A DNA stretch of 64,000 nucleotides, from positions 2,464,001 to 2,528,000 of the forward strand of contig OZ219866.1 of the NCBI GenBank assembly GCA_964291675.2, written 5' to 3'. Shown here piece after piece: positions 10,351 through 19,920 of this stretch. The position numbers and the translations under genes were made by a program. Within the stretch, counting starts at the first letter, position 1; every line of letters starts with the position of its first letter. This DNA comes from Alphaproteobacteria bacterium. Lineage in GTDB: Bacteria; Pseudomonadota; Alphaproteobacteria; MPNO01. The notes below the pieces were generated by a model, which ran no database searches, was not told the DNA's origin, and saw nothing but the letters and a program-made list of their open reading frames with translations.

Positions 10351-10848
10351 CCTCGAAGCGCAGGAACCAGCCGTCCCGCGCGGCCAGCTCGGCGCCGCGC
10401 CACTCGGCCCGGCTTCCTGCTGCGGCTCTGCCTTCAGGAGACCGGACGGGCGTTCGAGCAGGGCTGCGCCGAGCTCGGCCTGACGCCGCGCCAGTTCGAT
10501 TTCCTGTTCGTGCTGAACCGGATCGAGGAGACGACCCAGGACCGCCTGGCCAGAATTCTGGTCCTCGACCGTTCGACCACCGGCCTCGTGGTCGGCATCC
10601 TGGAGCGCAAGGGCTTCGTCGAGCGTCGCGTGGCCCCCGCGGACAGGCGCAAGAGGCTGGTCAGGAGTACCGACGAGGGCCGCGCGGCCTTCGCGAAGGC
10701 GAGCCCGGCGGCCGAAGCGGCCAAGGCTCGGCTCTTCGAGCGGTTGAGCGAGGGCGAACGAGGACTCCTCATGCACCTGCTGCGCAAGATTTCCCGGCCG
10801 ACGCCCCGGGAAGGCGGTCGCCCGCCCGGGTCGATCGCGTCGTCCTGA
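10351..10848 (+). pseudogene. MarR-family regulator lacking a normal start/promoter region
   Basis: RPGFLLR..LTPRQF..LDRSTTG.VV..LERKGFVER...DRR wHTH; abuts the dctP remnant head-to-head; nearest upstream in-frame ATG (10321) lies inside antisense dctP. Confidence 0.75.
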
Positions 10849-10973
10849 CATCCGAGAAGGCCCCCGCCGATCCCGATACCGGCATGGTGCCGCGGAACGG
10901 GTTCAGAAGCCCTCGTCGCCGAGACGCCGCGGACCGGCGTTGCTCCGATCCGCTCTCGACGAACGGCGCGATG

Positions 10974-11001
10974 GAAAAAGGGGCCGGATGGCCCCTTTTT
11001 C
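10974..11001. terminator. Bidirectional Rho-independent terminator
   Basis: GAAAAAGGGGCC-GGAT-GGCCCCTTTTTC between convergent marR and the TAXI gene. Confidence 0.8.
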
Positions 11002-11023
11002 GCCCGGTCGGCCGATGCCGGCG

Positions 11024-11986
11024 CTATTTCGTCATGCCGAGCTCCTTGTAGGCCTTCAACGCGCCGGGGTGGTGCTCGATGCCGGCGTTCTTGAACACCT
11101 CGATCCCCGCGCTCGGGTTCCACGACTTGTAGACCGTCTTCATGTACTTGTCGGTCTTGTCGGTGAAGACGTATTTGACGATGCGATAGATCGTCTCGTC
11201 CGGCACGCTGTCCTGCGCCATGATCGTCGACGGAACGCCGTAGGACTGGGCGTCGGCCACCACGCCGTCGCCGTAATCCGCGGCCTTGATGACATAGGGC
11301 GCGAAGGCCGGGTTCTTGCCGAGCACCGCCTTGAGCTCCGCCGGCGCGAGCGGGATCAGGCGGATCTTGCGGGTCGCCGCCATCGCTGAGACCACCGGAA
11401 CCGGGACGGCGGAGGCCACGGCGAAGGCGTCGATGTTGCCGTCGCGCAGCGCGTTGCCGGCCTCGCTGAAGCCGAGGAACTGGGCCTTGATCTGGTCGCG
11501 CACGCCGACCGTCCGCAGGATCAGGTCGGCATTGGCCGCGGTGCCGCTGCCCGCCTTGGCGAGCGAGACCCGCTTGCCCTTGAGGTCGGCGAAGGACTTG
11601 ATGCCGTCCTTGTCGAGCGTCACCCAGTGGATCGGCGAGATGGTGAGCGCCATCAGCGCGCGGACATTCTTGGCCGGCGGCTTGCCCTTGAATTTTCCGG
11701 TCGAGGTGACGGCGTTGTAGACCGCGCCGAGATTGGCCAGGCCGAGGTTGAGCCCGCCGTCCTCGCGGCTCAGCATCCGCATGTTGGTGGTCGAGCCGGC
11801 GGTGGTCCGGGTCGAGAGCGTGATGCCTTCCAGGTCGCGGGTGATCGCGGTCGACAGCCCGCCGCCCATCAGAAAGTAGCTGCCGCCGGGCGAGCTGGTG
11901 CCGAGGACGAGGCTTTGCGCGGCCGCTCCCTGTGCCAGCGCCAGTACCGCCGCCGAGGCGAGCGTTACCGCAACGAATCTTTTCAT
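11024..11986 (-). CDS. TAXI-family TRAP solute-binding protein
   Basis: Signal peptide MKRFVAVTLASAAVLALAQGAAA; GTSSPGGSYF, TAGSTTN, DLKGKRVS..AGSGT, HPGALKAY. Confidence 0.92.
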   Translation of the reverse strand: MKRFVAVTLASAAVLALAQGAAAQSLVLGTSSPGGSYFLMGGGLSTAITRDLEGITLSTRTTAGSTTNMRMLSREDGGLNLGLANLGAVYNAVTSTGKFKGKPPAKNVRALMALTISPIHWVTLDKDGIKSFADLKGKRVSLAKAGSGTAANADLILRTVGVRDQIKAQFLGFSEAGNALRDGNIDAFAVASAVPVPVVSAMAATRKIRLIPLAPAELKAVLGKNPAFAPYVIKAADYGDGVVADAQSYGVPSTIMAQDSVPDETIYRIVKYVFTDKTDKYMKTVYKSWNPSAGIEVFKNAGIEHHPGALKAYKELGMTK

Positions 11987-12034
11987 CCCTTGGTCTCCAT
12001 TGCTTGAATTTACGTTTGCCACACTAGCACCGGC

Positions 12035-13897
12035 TCAGCGGTCGGGAACAGCTTCGCCCGCCTTGCTCCTGCGGAACTGCCAGGCCGTGAAGACGGCGAA
12101 ACAGGCCGCCGCGATCAACGCGTACACCCCGGAGGTCAGCACCAGGGCGATCCCGACGACGATCGAGACGACCCGGTCGGCAAGCGGCAGACGGGCGTAG
12201 TAGAACCCCTCGATCCCGGCCGAGATCGCCAGCCCGCCCAGCGCCAGCGAGGCGATGGTGATCGCGATGCTCCACACGCTGCCCTGCAGCAGCAGCCCCG
12301 GCTGATAGACGAACAGCACCGGCAGATAAAAGATCGCCATCGCCTTGACCATGGCGACATTGCAGACCGGCCACAATCGCTGCTTGGAGATGCCGGCCGC
12401 CATGTAGGCCGCGAGCGCCACCGGCGGCGTGACGTTCGAGGCCTGACCCCACCACAGCACCAGCAGGTGGGCGGCCATCACCGGGATGCCGAGCTGGATC
12501 AGCGCCGGCGCCGCCAGGGTCGCCAGGATCACATAGGCCGGGATCACCGACAGCCCCATGCCGAGGATGTAGCCGATCACGAAGATGAACATGACCGTGA
12601 AGGCGAGATTGCTCTCGGCGAGGTCGATGATCATGCCGGTAATGCGGATGCCGGTGCCGGGCAGCAGCACCGCGCCGGCGATGATCGAGACCGGGCCGGC
12701 GATGGCGATGATCGGCAGCGAGGCCTTCGCGCCCTCGGCCAGCGCCACGACGATCGCGCGCGGCCCCATCGGCCGCGGGGTCAGCCAGCTTGCCGCGATC
12801 ACGCTGACGATGGCCAGCATGCCGATGCGCCTGAGCGAGTAGTCGAGATAGACCATGACCACGACCACCGCGATCGGCACCAGATAGGCCCAGCCCTGCT
12901 TCAGGGTGGCGGAGAAGGACGGGCAGTCCTCGGCCGGCAGGCCCTTCAACCCGTTGCGCCGAGCGTAGAAATGGACCTGCAGGTAGACGTTGAGGAAATA
13001 GAGCAGCGCCGGAATCGTGGCCGCGAGCACGATCTCCCCGTAGGAGAAGCCGGTCAGCGCCACCATGATGAAGGCCGACGCCCCCATCACCGGCGGCATG
13101 ATCGTGCCGCCGGTCGAGGCCGCGGCCTCGATGCCCCCGGCCACCGCCGGCCGGTAGCCGGTCTTCATCATGATCGGGATGGTGATGCTGCCGGTGATCG
13201 CGACATTGGCCGAGGCCGAGCCCGAGATGCTGGCGGTGATGAAGGACGAGCCGACCGCGGCCTTGGCGCCGCCGCCCGGGCGGGTGCCTAGGAAGGAGAG
13301 GCAGAGGTCGGTGAAGTAGTCCGACGCGCCGGAGCGGATCAGGAAGGTGCCGAACACCAGGAACAGGAACAGGTTGGAGGCGAGCACGTAGGTGATCGAG
13401 CCGTACAGGCCGTCGGTCTGGGCATACAGCGCGGTCGCGATCTGGCGCAGGTCGAACCCGCTATGGACGAACGGCCAGGGGACGAAGGCGCCGAAATAGA
13501 GGAATAGCAGGAATGCGCCCGAGATGATCGCCATCGCCAGGCCGAGCGCGCGCCGCCCGCCCTCGATCACGCCCAAAATCATGATCCAGCCGACCGCCAT
13601 GTCGAAATCGCCGATGTCGAAGCCCTCGTTCTCGGCGAAGTAGAGGTAGCGGTCGTTGAACCGGAAGGTGGCGTAGGTCACCGCGAGCAGGAAGACGACG
13701 TCGAACGCCCGCGCCGGGATGGTCCGGGCCAGCGGATGCACGCAGATCGCCAGCGCCACGCCGGCATAGATGAACAGGCTGCGGTCGAGCGCCGGGCTGA
13801 ACGTGCCCCGGGTCGCGACATAGAGGTAGTAGCAGGTCGTCGCCAGCCCGATCACGAAGCCGAGCTTCTTCCATTCGCCGCAAAACGCTTCGGCCAT
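12035..13897 (-). CDS. TRAP fused 4TM/12TM permease (TAXI type)
   Basis: GGGAKAAV.SS..ISGSASANV, IEAAASTGG.IMPPVMGA, SNVTPPVALAAY. Confidence 0.92.
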   Translation of the reverse strand: MAEAFCGEWKKLGFVIGLATTCYYLYVATRGTFSPALDRSLFIYAGVALAICVHPLARTIPARAFDVVFLLAVTYATFRFNDRYLYFAENEGFDIGDFDMAVGWIMILGVIEGGRRALGLAMAIISGAFLLFLYFGAFVPWPFVHSGFDLRQIATALYAQTDGLYGSITYVLASNLFLFLVFGTFLIRSGASDYFTDLCLSFLGTRPGGGAKAAVGSSFITASISGSASANVAITGSITIPIMMKTGYRPAVAGGIEAAASTGGTIMPPVMGASAFIMVALTGFSYGEIVLAATIPALLYFLNVYLQVHFYARRNGLKGLPAEDCPSFSATLKQGWAYLVPIAVVVVMVYLDYSLRRIGMLAIVSVIAASWLTPRPMGPRAIVVALAEGAKASLPIIAIAGPVSIIAGAVLLPGTGIRITGMIIDLAESNLAFTVMFIFVIGYILGMGLSVIPAYVILATLAAPALIQLGIPVMAAHLLVLWWGQASNVTPPVALAAYMAAGISKQRLWPVCNVAMVKAMAIFYLPVLFVYQPGLLLQGSVWSIAITIASLALGGLAISAGIEGFYYARLPLADRVVSIVVGIALVLTSGVYALIAAACFAVFTAWQFRRSKAGEAVPDR

Positions 13898-14002
13898 GCC
13901 TTGCCGGTCGCCCAGAGCGCCTCTCCCCCGCCCGCTACCCCGCTATACTCGCGATCCGGTTTCCCGCCGTCCAGCCACGGGCGCGCAACAGGGGCGACGG
14001 CG

Positions 14003-14995
14003 ATGTCCGAAATTCGAGTGCTCAGGGAGGCGGACCTCAAGGCGGTGCTCGATGTCGAGACCGGGCTCGAAATCGTCGAGCGCACGTTCCGCGATCTCGG
14101 CACCAGGGACATCTTCCGCCTGTCCGAGCCCGCCGCGCTGTTGGGCGGCTCCGGGATCGGCACGGCCGCGCGCTACAAGTCCAAGGGCGCGACCCTGATT
14201 TCCGAGAATGTCACCGGGATCCGGCTGATCAGCGACGTGGCGAGGGCGCACGGCTTCCGCTCCCACCACATGCTGGTGGTGTTCGACGACGCGACCGGCG
14301 CGCCGATCGGGCTGTTGAACGAGACCTGGCTGCACCGGTTCCGCACCGCGCTCACCGGCGTGGTCGCGGCCAGGCATCTGGCGCGGCCGGGGTCCCGGGT
14401 GCTCGCGCTGATCGGCGCCGGCTCGATCGCCGCCGAGCTGTTTCCCGCGATCACCCGGGCTTTCGACCTCGACGAGATCCGCGTCGTCGCCCGGCGGCCG
14501 GAGAGCGCCCGGGCCTTCTGCCGCAGGTTTGCCGCCGAGCCCGCCCGGTTCGTCGCCATGCGCGACCCGCAGGACGCGCTCGACGGCGCCGATATCGCGA
14601 TCACCCTGACCTTGGCCCAATCTCCGGTGGTCCGGCCCGGCATGCTGTCGCCGGGCGCCTTCCTGTGCTCGATGGGCGAGACCGAAGAGGTCGCGTTCGG
14701 CGTGCTCGACGAGGCCGATGTGTTCGTCGTGGACGATTTCGAGTATGCGACGGTTCTGGGCGACATCGAGGCGTGGCTGCGCAGCGGCCGCATCGGCCGG
14801 GCCGCGCTGGAGGCCCGGGTGGACGGCCATATCGGCGAGGTCGTCGCCGGGACCAGGCCGTTCCGCCGGAACGACGGCCAGCGCATATTCGCGATCGTCC
14901 AGGGCATGGCGATCTGCGATCTCGCGCTTGCCCGCCACGCGCTGGTTGAGGCGGAGAGACGAGGGCTGGGCGGGAGGCTGGACCTGTTCGGCTGA
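14003..14995 (+). CDS. Ornithine cyclodeaminase/mu-crystallin family protein
   Basis: FDDATGAP....L..FRTA, ALIGAGSIA, GMAICDLALA; divergent from the TAXI genes. Confidence 0.85.
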   Translation: MSEIRVLREADLKAVLDVETGLEIVERTFRDLGTRDIFRLSEPAALLGGSGIGTAARYKSKGATLISENVTGIRLISDVARAHGFRSHHMLVVFDDATGAPIGLLNETWLHRFRTALTGVVAARHLARPGSRVLALIGAGSIAAELFPAITRAFDLDEIRVVARRPESARAFCRRFAAEPARFVAMRDPQDALDGADIAITLTLAQSPVVRPGMLSPGAFLCSMGETEEVAFGVLDEADVFVVDDFEYATVLGDIEAWLRSGRIGRAALEARVDGHIGEVVAGTRPFRRNDGQRIFAIVQGMAICDLALARHALVEAERRGLGGRLDLFG

Positions 14996-15022
14996 GTGTC
15001 CCCGGGGCGTGACCCACCGCTG

Positions 15023-15454
15023 TCAGGACGGGGTCCGCGCGTACTCGGCCAGCGTTATCACCGCGTCGCCATGTCCGGTCGGCGCCAGCGCGTTTGCGAA
15101 GCGGAGGTCCGCCGTCACCACCGCGGCGCCGATGCGGTGCGCCAGCGCGAGATAGATGCAGTCGTAGACAGGCCGGTCGAGTGCCAGCGCGAGACGAAGC
15201 GCATCGGCCGCCACCGTTTCATCGGCGTTCCAGCGGACCGGCATCTCCCGCACCGACTCCATCATGGCGCCGGCATCCCTGCGTTCGATCTCGCCCAGCC
15301 GAGCCTTGCGCCACACGGCATTGGCGATCTCGCAAGCCATCAGGCGCGGCGCGTGGAGATCGTCGTCGCCCGATGCGAGCGTGCGCGCCATGTCCGAACC
15401 CTGTTCGGCAACCAGCCACTTGACCGCCACGCTGGCGTCGACGACCAGGCGCAT
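15023..15454 (-). CDS. PIN-domain toxin (VapC/FitB-like)
   Basis: VVDASVAVKW, E..NA.W, VYDCIYLALA, VTAD acidic PIN residues. Confidence 0.9.
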   Translation of the reverse strand: MRLVVDASVAVKWLVAEQGSDMARTLASGDDDLHAPRLMACEIANAVWRKARLGEIERRDAGAMMESVREMPVRWNADETVAADALRLALALDRPVYDCIYLALAHRIGAAVVTADLRFANALAPTGHGDAVITLAEYARTPS

Positions 15455-15711
15455 CAGAAATCGCGGTGGCCGCGGTCGCGGTCTTCGCGGATCAGCACCT
15501 CCGCCGGCGTATGCGCCCGCCCTTCGGTCGCGCGCCGCAGCCGGTCCGACAGGGCCAGGAAGGACGCGCGCCTGGCCGCCATGTCGTCCGCGACCGCGTT
15601 CTCGAGAATGTGGCGCACCTCGCCTTCCAGAGACCGGTTGTTCGCCGCCGCGCGCCGCTTTAGTCGCTGAACCACGCGCTCGTCGAGCCGCCGCACGTTG
15701 ATCGTCGCCAT
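15454..15711 (-). CDS. RHH/Arc antitoxin (FitA-like), 85 aa
   Basis: MATINVRRLDERVVQRLKRRAAANNRSLEGEVRHIL...LIREDRD; TGATG overlap with the toxin start. Confidence 0.88.
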   Translation of the reverse strand: MATINVRRLDERVVQRLKRRAAANNRSLEGEVRHILENAVADDMAARRASFLALSDRLRRATEGRAHTPAEVLIREDRDRGHRDF

Positions 15712-15727
15712 CGCCTCATTCCGGAAA

Positions 15728-15766
15728 GCTATAGCATCGAAATGATGGCAGGAGTTGGCGCCGTCA
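15728..15766 (-). promoter_or_regulatory. Putative TA promoter/operator
   Basis: Minus strand TTGACG followed by TGCCATCA and TGCTATAG, resembling FitA TGCTATCA half-sites. Confidence 0.4.
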
Positions 15767-15773
15767 AGAACCC

Positions 15774-16520
15774 TCAGTGCCGGACAAGCAGGCGCCCGTA
15801 GCCTTCCACCGCGATCGCCGATCCCATCGCCCGCAGGCAGCGCCAGAGCGTCGCCTGGTTGCTGGTCACCACGGGCTTGCCGAGCTCGTCCTCGAGGCGT
15901 TCGATCAGGTCGAGCGACGGCAGGTTGGTGCAGCTTATGAACACCGCATCGGCGTCCGGCCGGTCGACCCGGCGCGCCAGTTCCCGGGTGGTCTCCAGGG
16001 GAACCCGGCCGATGCCGGCGCGCTCGGACGCGGTCCTGCCGAGCCCGAGACCTTCGACGGAGACGACGTCGAGGCCGTGCTCGGTGAGCCATTCGGTCTC
16101 GCGCCGGTTGACGAAATCGGTCCTGGGCGTGGCGAGCGCGATGTGCCGCGCGCCGAGCGCGCGGAGGGCGGCGACGACCGCATCCGAGGTCAGCACCGCC
16201 GGCGCGCCCGTCATCCGCGTCATCGCCTCGGTCAGAACCTCGCCGGGGAAGAAATAGGTGCACGACGTGCAGCCGAAGGCGATCACGTCGACACCCGCCG
16301 AGCCCAGATCGCGAGCTGCCCCTTCGACGTTCTCGGCGATCTGCCGGTAGAGCGCCGGCGCCTGCGGCCCGTCCTGGAAGGCGCGCGCGACGTGGACCGC
16401 GAGACCCGCCGGGGCCATTCGATGGAATTCCGGCTCGATGCTGGTGTTGGTCGAGGGGCAGACCAGCCCGATCCTGCCGAGCCCGGCATAGGGGCCGGCG
16501 GCGGGAAGGCTATCGGCCAT
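15774..16520 (-). CDS. Asp/Glu racemase / maleate isomerase / arylmalonate decarboxylase family
   Basis: RIGLVCPSTNTSIEPEF, FGCTS, FISCTNL, PVVTSNQA; two catalytic-type Cys. Confidence 0.85.
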   Translation of the reverse strand: MADSLPAAGPYAGLGRIGLVCPSTNTSIEPEFHRMAPAGLAVHVARAFQDGPQAPALYRQIAENVEGAARDLGSAGVDVIAFGCTSCTYFFPGEVLTEAMTRMTGAPAVLTSDAVVAALRALGARHIALATPRTDFVNRRETEWLTEHGLDVVSVEGLGLGRTASERAGIGRVPLETTRELARRVDRPDADAVFISCTNLPSLDLIERLEDELGKPVVTSNQATLWRCLRAMGSAIAVEGYGRLLVRH

Positions 16521-17598
16521 CCGCGCCGCCCGCATCGGCGATGCACGCGCACAACCCGCCGCCGGGCGGCGCCTGGTGCTCGGTCCCGCCGCTGACGAAG
16601 ACCCGCCCGGTGCCGAGGATGCCGCCGATCACCCCGCTGGCGGTCGCCCGCATGTGCTTGTCGGGGTCGAGGTCGCTGTGGAAGACGGTCGTGCGTTCGC
16701 CGCGCACCCGCCCGTCCGGCGCGACGCCGGTCTTCACGAACACCGCCCGCAGCCTTTCCGGCGCGGCGATCTCGCCCGACTCGTCGAGGCCGCAGCCGGC
16801 CCTTCGGAACAGGGTCTTCAGCGAACGCGCGTCGAGAATGTCGGCCATCGGTCCGGAGAACACCTTGGTCGACCCGCCGGCGCCCGGCCGGTTGCCCAGG
16901 ACCAGAACCTCGCCAACCTCGACCTCCGTGCCGGAAAAGCTCATCGTCCGCCTCGAATGGCGTTGCAGGTCGGCGCCGATCCGCGTGTCCCCGATCTCCG
17001 CCTCGGTCAATTCGCCCAGCGCCAGCGCGACGCCGAGCGCGGCCGCGCCCCGGGATTGCCCGCTCGACCCGGCCCGGGCGACGACCGCCGGATCGCCGGT
17101 CGCCGCGGCGTCGCGGTGGCTGAGGATCGGGCTCTTGACCAGGACCAGGGCGACCCGATCCGGGGCGAGCCCGGCTTCGGCCATCGCGTCCTCCACCGCG
17201 CCGGCGATCAGGCGGGCATGGGTCGGCGTGACCAGCTCGCCCGCCGTCATCGCCCGGGTCCGCCCGCCGCCGATGACCAGGCGCTCCTCGTCGCCGCCGC
17301 CGCCGTCGGCGATCGCCGCCAGCACGTAGACCACCGGGCTCAGCACGCCCTCGGAGCCGGTCGAGAAAATGAGCGTGGACGCGCCGAGCAACTCCGCGCC
17401 GCCGATTCGTTCGATCGTCGCCTCGGCGGCCGACAGCGCGAGCTCGCGCGAGAAATCGTTGATCGTCGCGGTGCCTTCGGTCTTGGCGACCAGCGCCAGG
17501 CGCGCGATGTCGCCTGTCGGCAGCCCGGAAAGAATGCGTTCGAGCCCCGCCACGTCGCCGGGGCCGTCGGTCGCGTAAGAATCGACATGGACTCGCAT
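16510..17598 (-). CDS. Ring-opening amidohydrolase of the cyanuric acid hydrolase/barbiturase family (divergent)
   Basis: KTEG...NDFSR, STGSEGVLSP, VKSPIL, SRGAAALGVALALGE, VSGGTEHQAPPGGG. Confidence 0.85.
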   Translation of the reverse strand: MRVHVDSYATDGPGDVAGLERILSGLPTGDIARLALVAKTEGTATINDFSRELALSAAEATIERIGGAELLGASTLIFSTGSEGVLSPVVYVLAAIADGGGGDEERLVIGGGRTRAMTAGELVTPTHARLIAGAVEDAMAEAGLAPDRVALVLVKSPILSHRDAAATGDPAVVARAGSSGQSRGAAALGVALALGELTEAEIGDTRIGADLQRHSRRTMSFSGTEVEVGEVLVLGNRPGAGGSTKVFSGPMADILDARSLKTLFRRAGCGLDESGEIAAPERLRAVFVKTGVAPDGRVRGERTTVFHSDLDPDKHMRATASGVIGGILGTGRVFVSGGTEHQAPPGGGLCACIADAGGADGR

Positions 17599-17613
17599 GG
17601 TCGGGGCGATCCG

Positions 17614-18984
17614 CTACGCGGCGAGAAACGAGTCGACGAACCATCGGCCCCGGAGCGCCAGGGCGTAATCCTCGTGCGGGTGGCCGAGGAGCTGTATCCC
17701 CATCGGCAGGCCGCGGTCGGCCAGCAAGGGCAGGTTCCAGGCCGGCGCGCCGAGACATGAGGAGACGTCGCCATAGACCGGATCTCCGACCGGCATGCCG
17801 ACCGGCGGAGGGCCCTTGGCGGAGAGAGTCAGGTAGCCGTCGAACGCGCCGTCGAGCGCCGCGAACGTCCGCCGCAGCGCCTCGCGCATGGCGAGGCGGT
17901 CGCGGTAATCCTCGGGTGAAAGCGCCTCGCCCCGGGCGAGGCGTTCGAGAACCGCTTCGCTGAGCAGGTCGCCCTCCATGTCGCGGTATCCCCGGGTCGG
18001 CCAGCGCATCTCGTAGGCGAAGATGTCGAACATGAAACCGGGGATGGTGAGCAGGGCATTCTCCAGGGCGTCGAGGCGTTCGTCGTCCCCGCGCGAGACG
18101 ATTTCGACGCCGCTGCCGGCGACATCGGTCAGGAACCGCTCGAAGGCCTCCCTGGTCTCGTCCTCGGTGTCGGGCCAGGCGCGGGTCTCCAGCCGTGCAA
18201 GCCGGCGCGGCTTGACTGCCCGCTCCAGCTCGGGCCGACCGTAAAGGCCGGGGTGGCCCGGGTCGCCGCCGACGGTCTGCGAGATATGGAACGCCGTCCG
18301 CCAGCAATCCTCGAGCGAGCCGGCATGGACGCCGAGCACGCTCTGGCTCGGCGACATCGAGTGCCCGCCGCCGCGGTTGAGCGCACCGAACGTCGGCTTC
18401 AGCGCGTAGTTGCCGCAATAGCCGGCGGGCCGCTGGATCGAGCCCCTGACCTGGCTTCCGCTGCCTGCCGGCACCATGCCCGCGCCGACCGCCGCCGCGG
18501 TTCCGCTCGAAGAACCGCCGGGCGTGCGGGTCGGATCGAAGGGGTTGCGGGTCGGTCCGGGCGTGGCTTGGCCGAACTCCGTGGTCACGGTCTTGCCGAC
18601 GATGCCGGCCCCGCCGATGCGCAGCGCGTGGACATGGGCGGCGTCGCGGATCGACTGCCATCCCGCGTAGACCGGGCTGTTCATCTGGGTCGGCATGTCG
18701 ACGGTTTCATAAAGGTCCTTGATGCAGACCGGCATGCCGTCGACCGCCGACAGCGGACGGTTCTCCCGGTAGCGTGCCGAGGACCGATCCGCCGCTTGCC
18801 GCGCGCCCTCGACATCGGTGACGACGAACGCCTTCACCTCGGGCTCGCGGGCCTCGATCGTCTCCAGGCAGCGTTCGAGATAGGCCCGCGGCGTGTCGCC
18901 GCCGTCGAGAAACGCCGGGATGCAGTCGTGGAAGCCGCGCAGCTCCGGGTTGCGGGGGTCGTAGGGCCGGCGGGCGCCGCTCAT
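17614..18984 (-). CDS. Amidase-signature family amidase
   Basis: IKDL, GKTVTTEF, TPGGSSSGTAAAVGAG, GSQVRGSIQRPAGYCG. Confidence 0.9.
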   Translation of the reverse strand: MSGARRPYDPRNPELRGFHDCIPAFLDGGDTPRAYLERCLETIEAREPEVKAFVVTDVEGARQAADRSSARYRENRPLSAVDGMPVCIKDLYETVDMPTQMNSPVYAGWQSIRDAAHVHALRIGGAGIVGKTVTTEFGQATPGPTRNPFDPTRTPGGSSSGTAAAVGAGMVPAGSGSQVRGSIQRPAGYCGNYALKPTFGALNRGGGHSMSPSQSVLGVHAGSLEDCWRTAFHISQTVGGDPGHPGLYGRPELERAVKPRRLARLETRAWPDTEDETREAFERFLTDVAGSGVEIVSRGDDERLDALENALLTIPGFMFDIFAYEMRWPTRGYRDMEGDLLSEAVLERLARGEALSPEDYRDRLAMREALRRTFAALDGAFDGYLTLSAKGPPPVGMPVGDPVYGDVSSCLGAPAWNLPLLADRGLPMGIQLLGHPHEDYALALRGRWFVDSFLAA

Positions 18985-19012
18985 CCTGTGGCTCCTTGGG
19001 AAGACCGGCGCG

Positions 19013-19891
19013 TCAGAGGCTCTGCGCGTAGTCGAGGATCAGCCGGTTGAAGGCTTCGGGATGCTCGCGGTAGCTGAAATGCCCCGAATGGTTGAACACG
19101 TGCATCTCGGTCCGGGGCTCCTTGTGCACCATGATCTCGTAGAGCCCGAAACCCTGGTCGATGGTCGCCGTCGGGTCGTTGAGCCCCCAGACGATCAGGT
19201 TGGGGCGCTCGGTGCCGGCGCTCATCAGCCGGTCGAAGGTGTCGCTCTTCTGGCGGGCGAGCTGCGGCACGAACACCCGGTCGAGCAGCCCTTCGTCGAG
19301 CATCTTGCGGACCGACTCCAGGTATTTCGGCAAGGCGGCCACCCGCATCAGCTCGTCGAGCCAGTCCTCGGTGACGATCTTCGGGTTCCACGAATAGTTC
19401 TCCAGCACCCAGCGCTGGCTCTCGCGGCTGAGATAGGGCTTGGGCGTGTCGGTGAAGACGATGTGGTTGCGGCCCTGGCCGGGGCCGAGCGTGTTGGTGT
19501 CGACCATGATGTTCGACTTGATGCGGGCGGGGTTCTCCAGCGTCATGCGGCAGGTGAGATAGGCGCCGCGCGAGTGGCCGACGATGTGGCAGTCGTGGAG
19601 ATCGAGCGCGTCGAGAAAGCCGAGCGCATGGCGCACCACCCGCGCCATGGTGTAGTCGTCGTCGGTCTCGGGGTTGCCGGTGTAGCCCTGTCCGATCTTG
19701 TCGACCGCGATCACCCGGCATTCCCCGGCCAGGGAGTCGAAATTGAGGTTCCAGTCGGCCGCGCAGTCGGCCCCGTGATGGGAGCCGAAATTGCCGCCGT
19801 GGAACAGCACGATCGTCTCGCCGGTCCCCTTGTCGAAATAGCGCGTGTCGATCCCGTCGACATCGATGAATTTCGCCTGCGAAAAGTCCAT
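19013..19891 (-). CDS. Alpha/beta hydrolase, GHSRG paralog 1
   Basis: HGGNFG, DKIGQGYT, GHSRGAY, WGLNDPT, SGHFSYREHP. Confidence 0.9.
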   Translation of the reverse strand: MDFSQAKFIDVDGIDTRYFDKGTGETIVLFHGGNFGSHHGADCAADWNLNFDSLAGECRVIAVDKIGQGYTGNPETDDDYTMARVVRHALGFLDALDLHDCHIVGHSRGAYLTCRMTLENPARIKSNIMVDTNTLGPGQGRNHIVFTDTPKPYLSRESQRWVLENYSWNPKIVTEDWLDELMRVAALPKYLESVRKMLDEGLLDRVFVPQLARQKSDTFDRLMSAGTERPNLIVWGLNDPTATIDQGFGLYEIMVHKEPRTEMHVFNHSGHFSYREHPEAFNRLILDYAQSL

Positions 19892-19920
19892 TTCCGCCTC
19901 CCTCGTCTCCGTGCGGCCGT

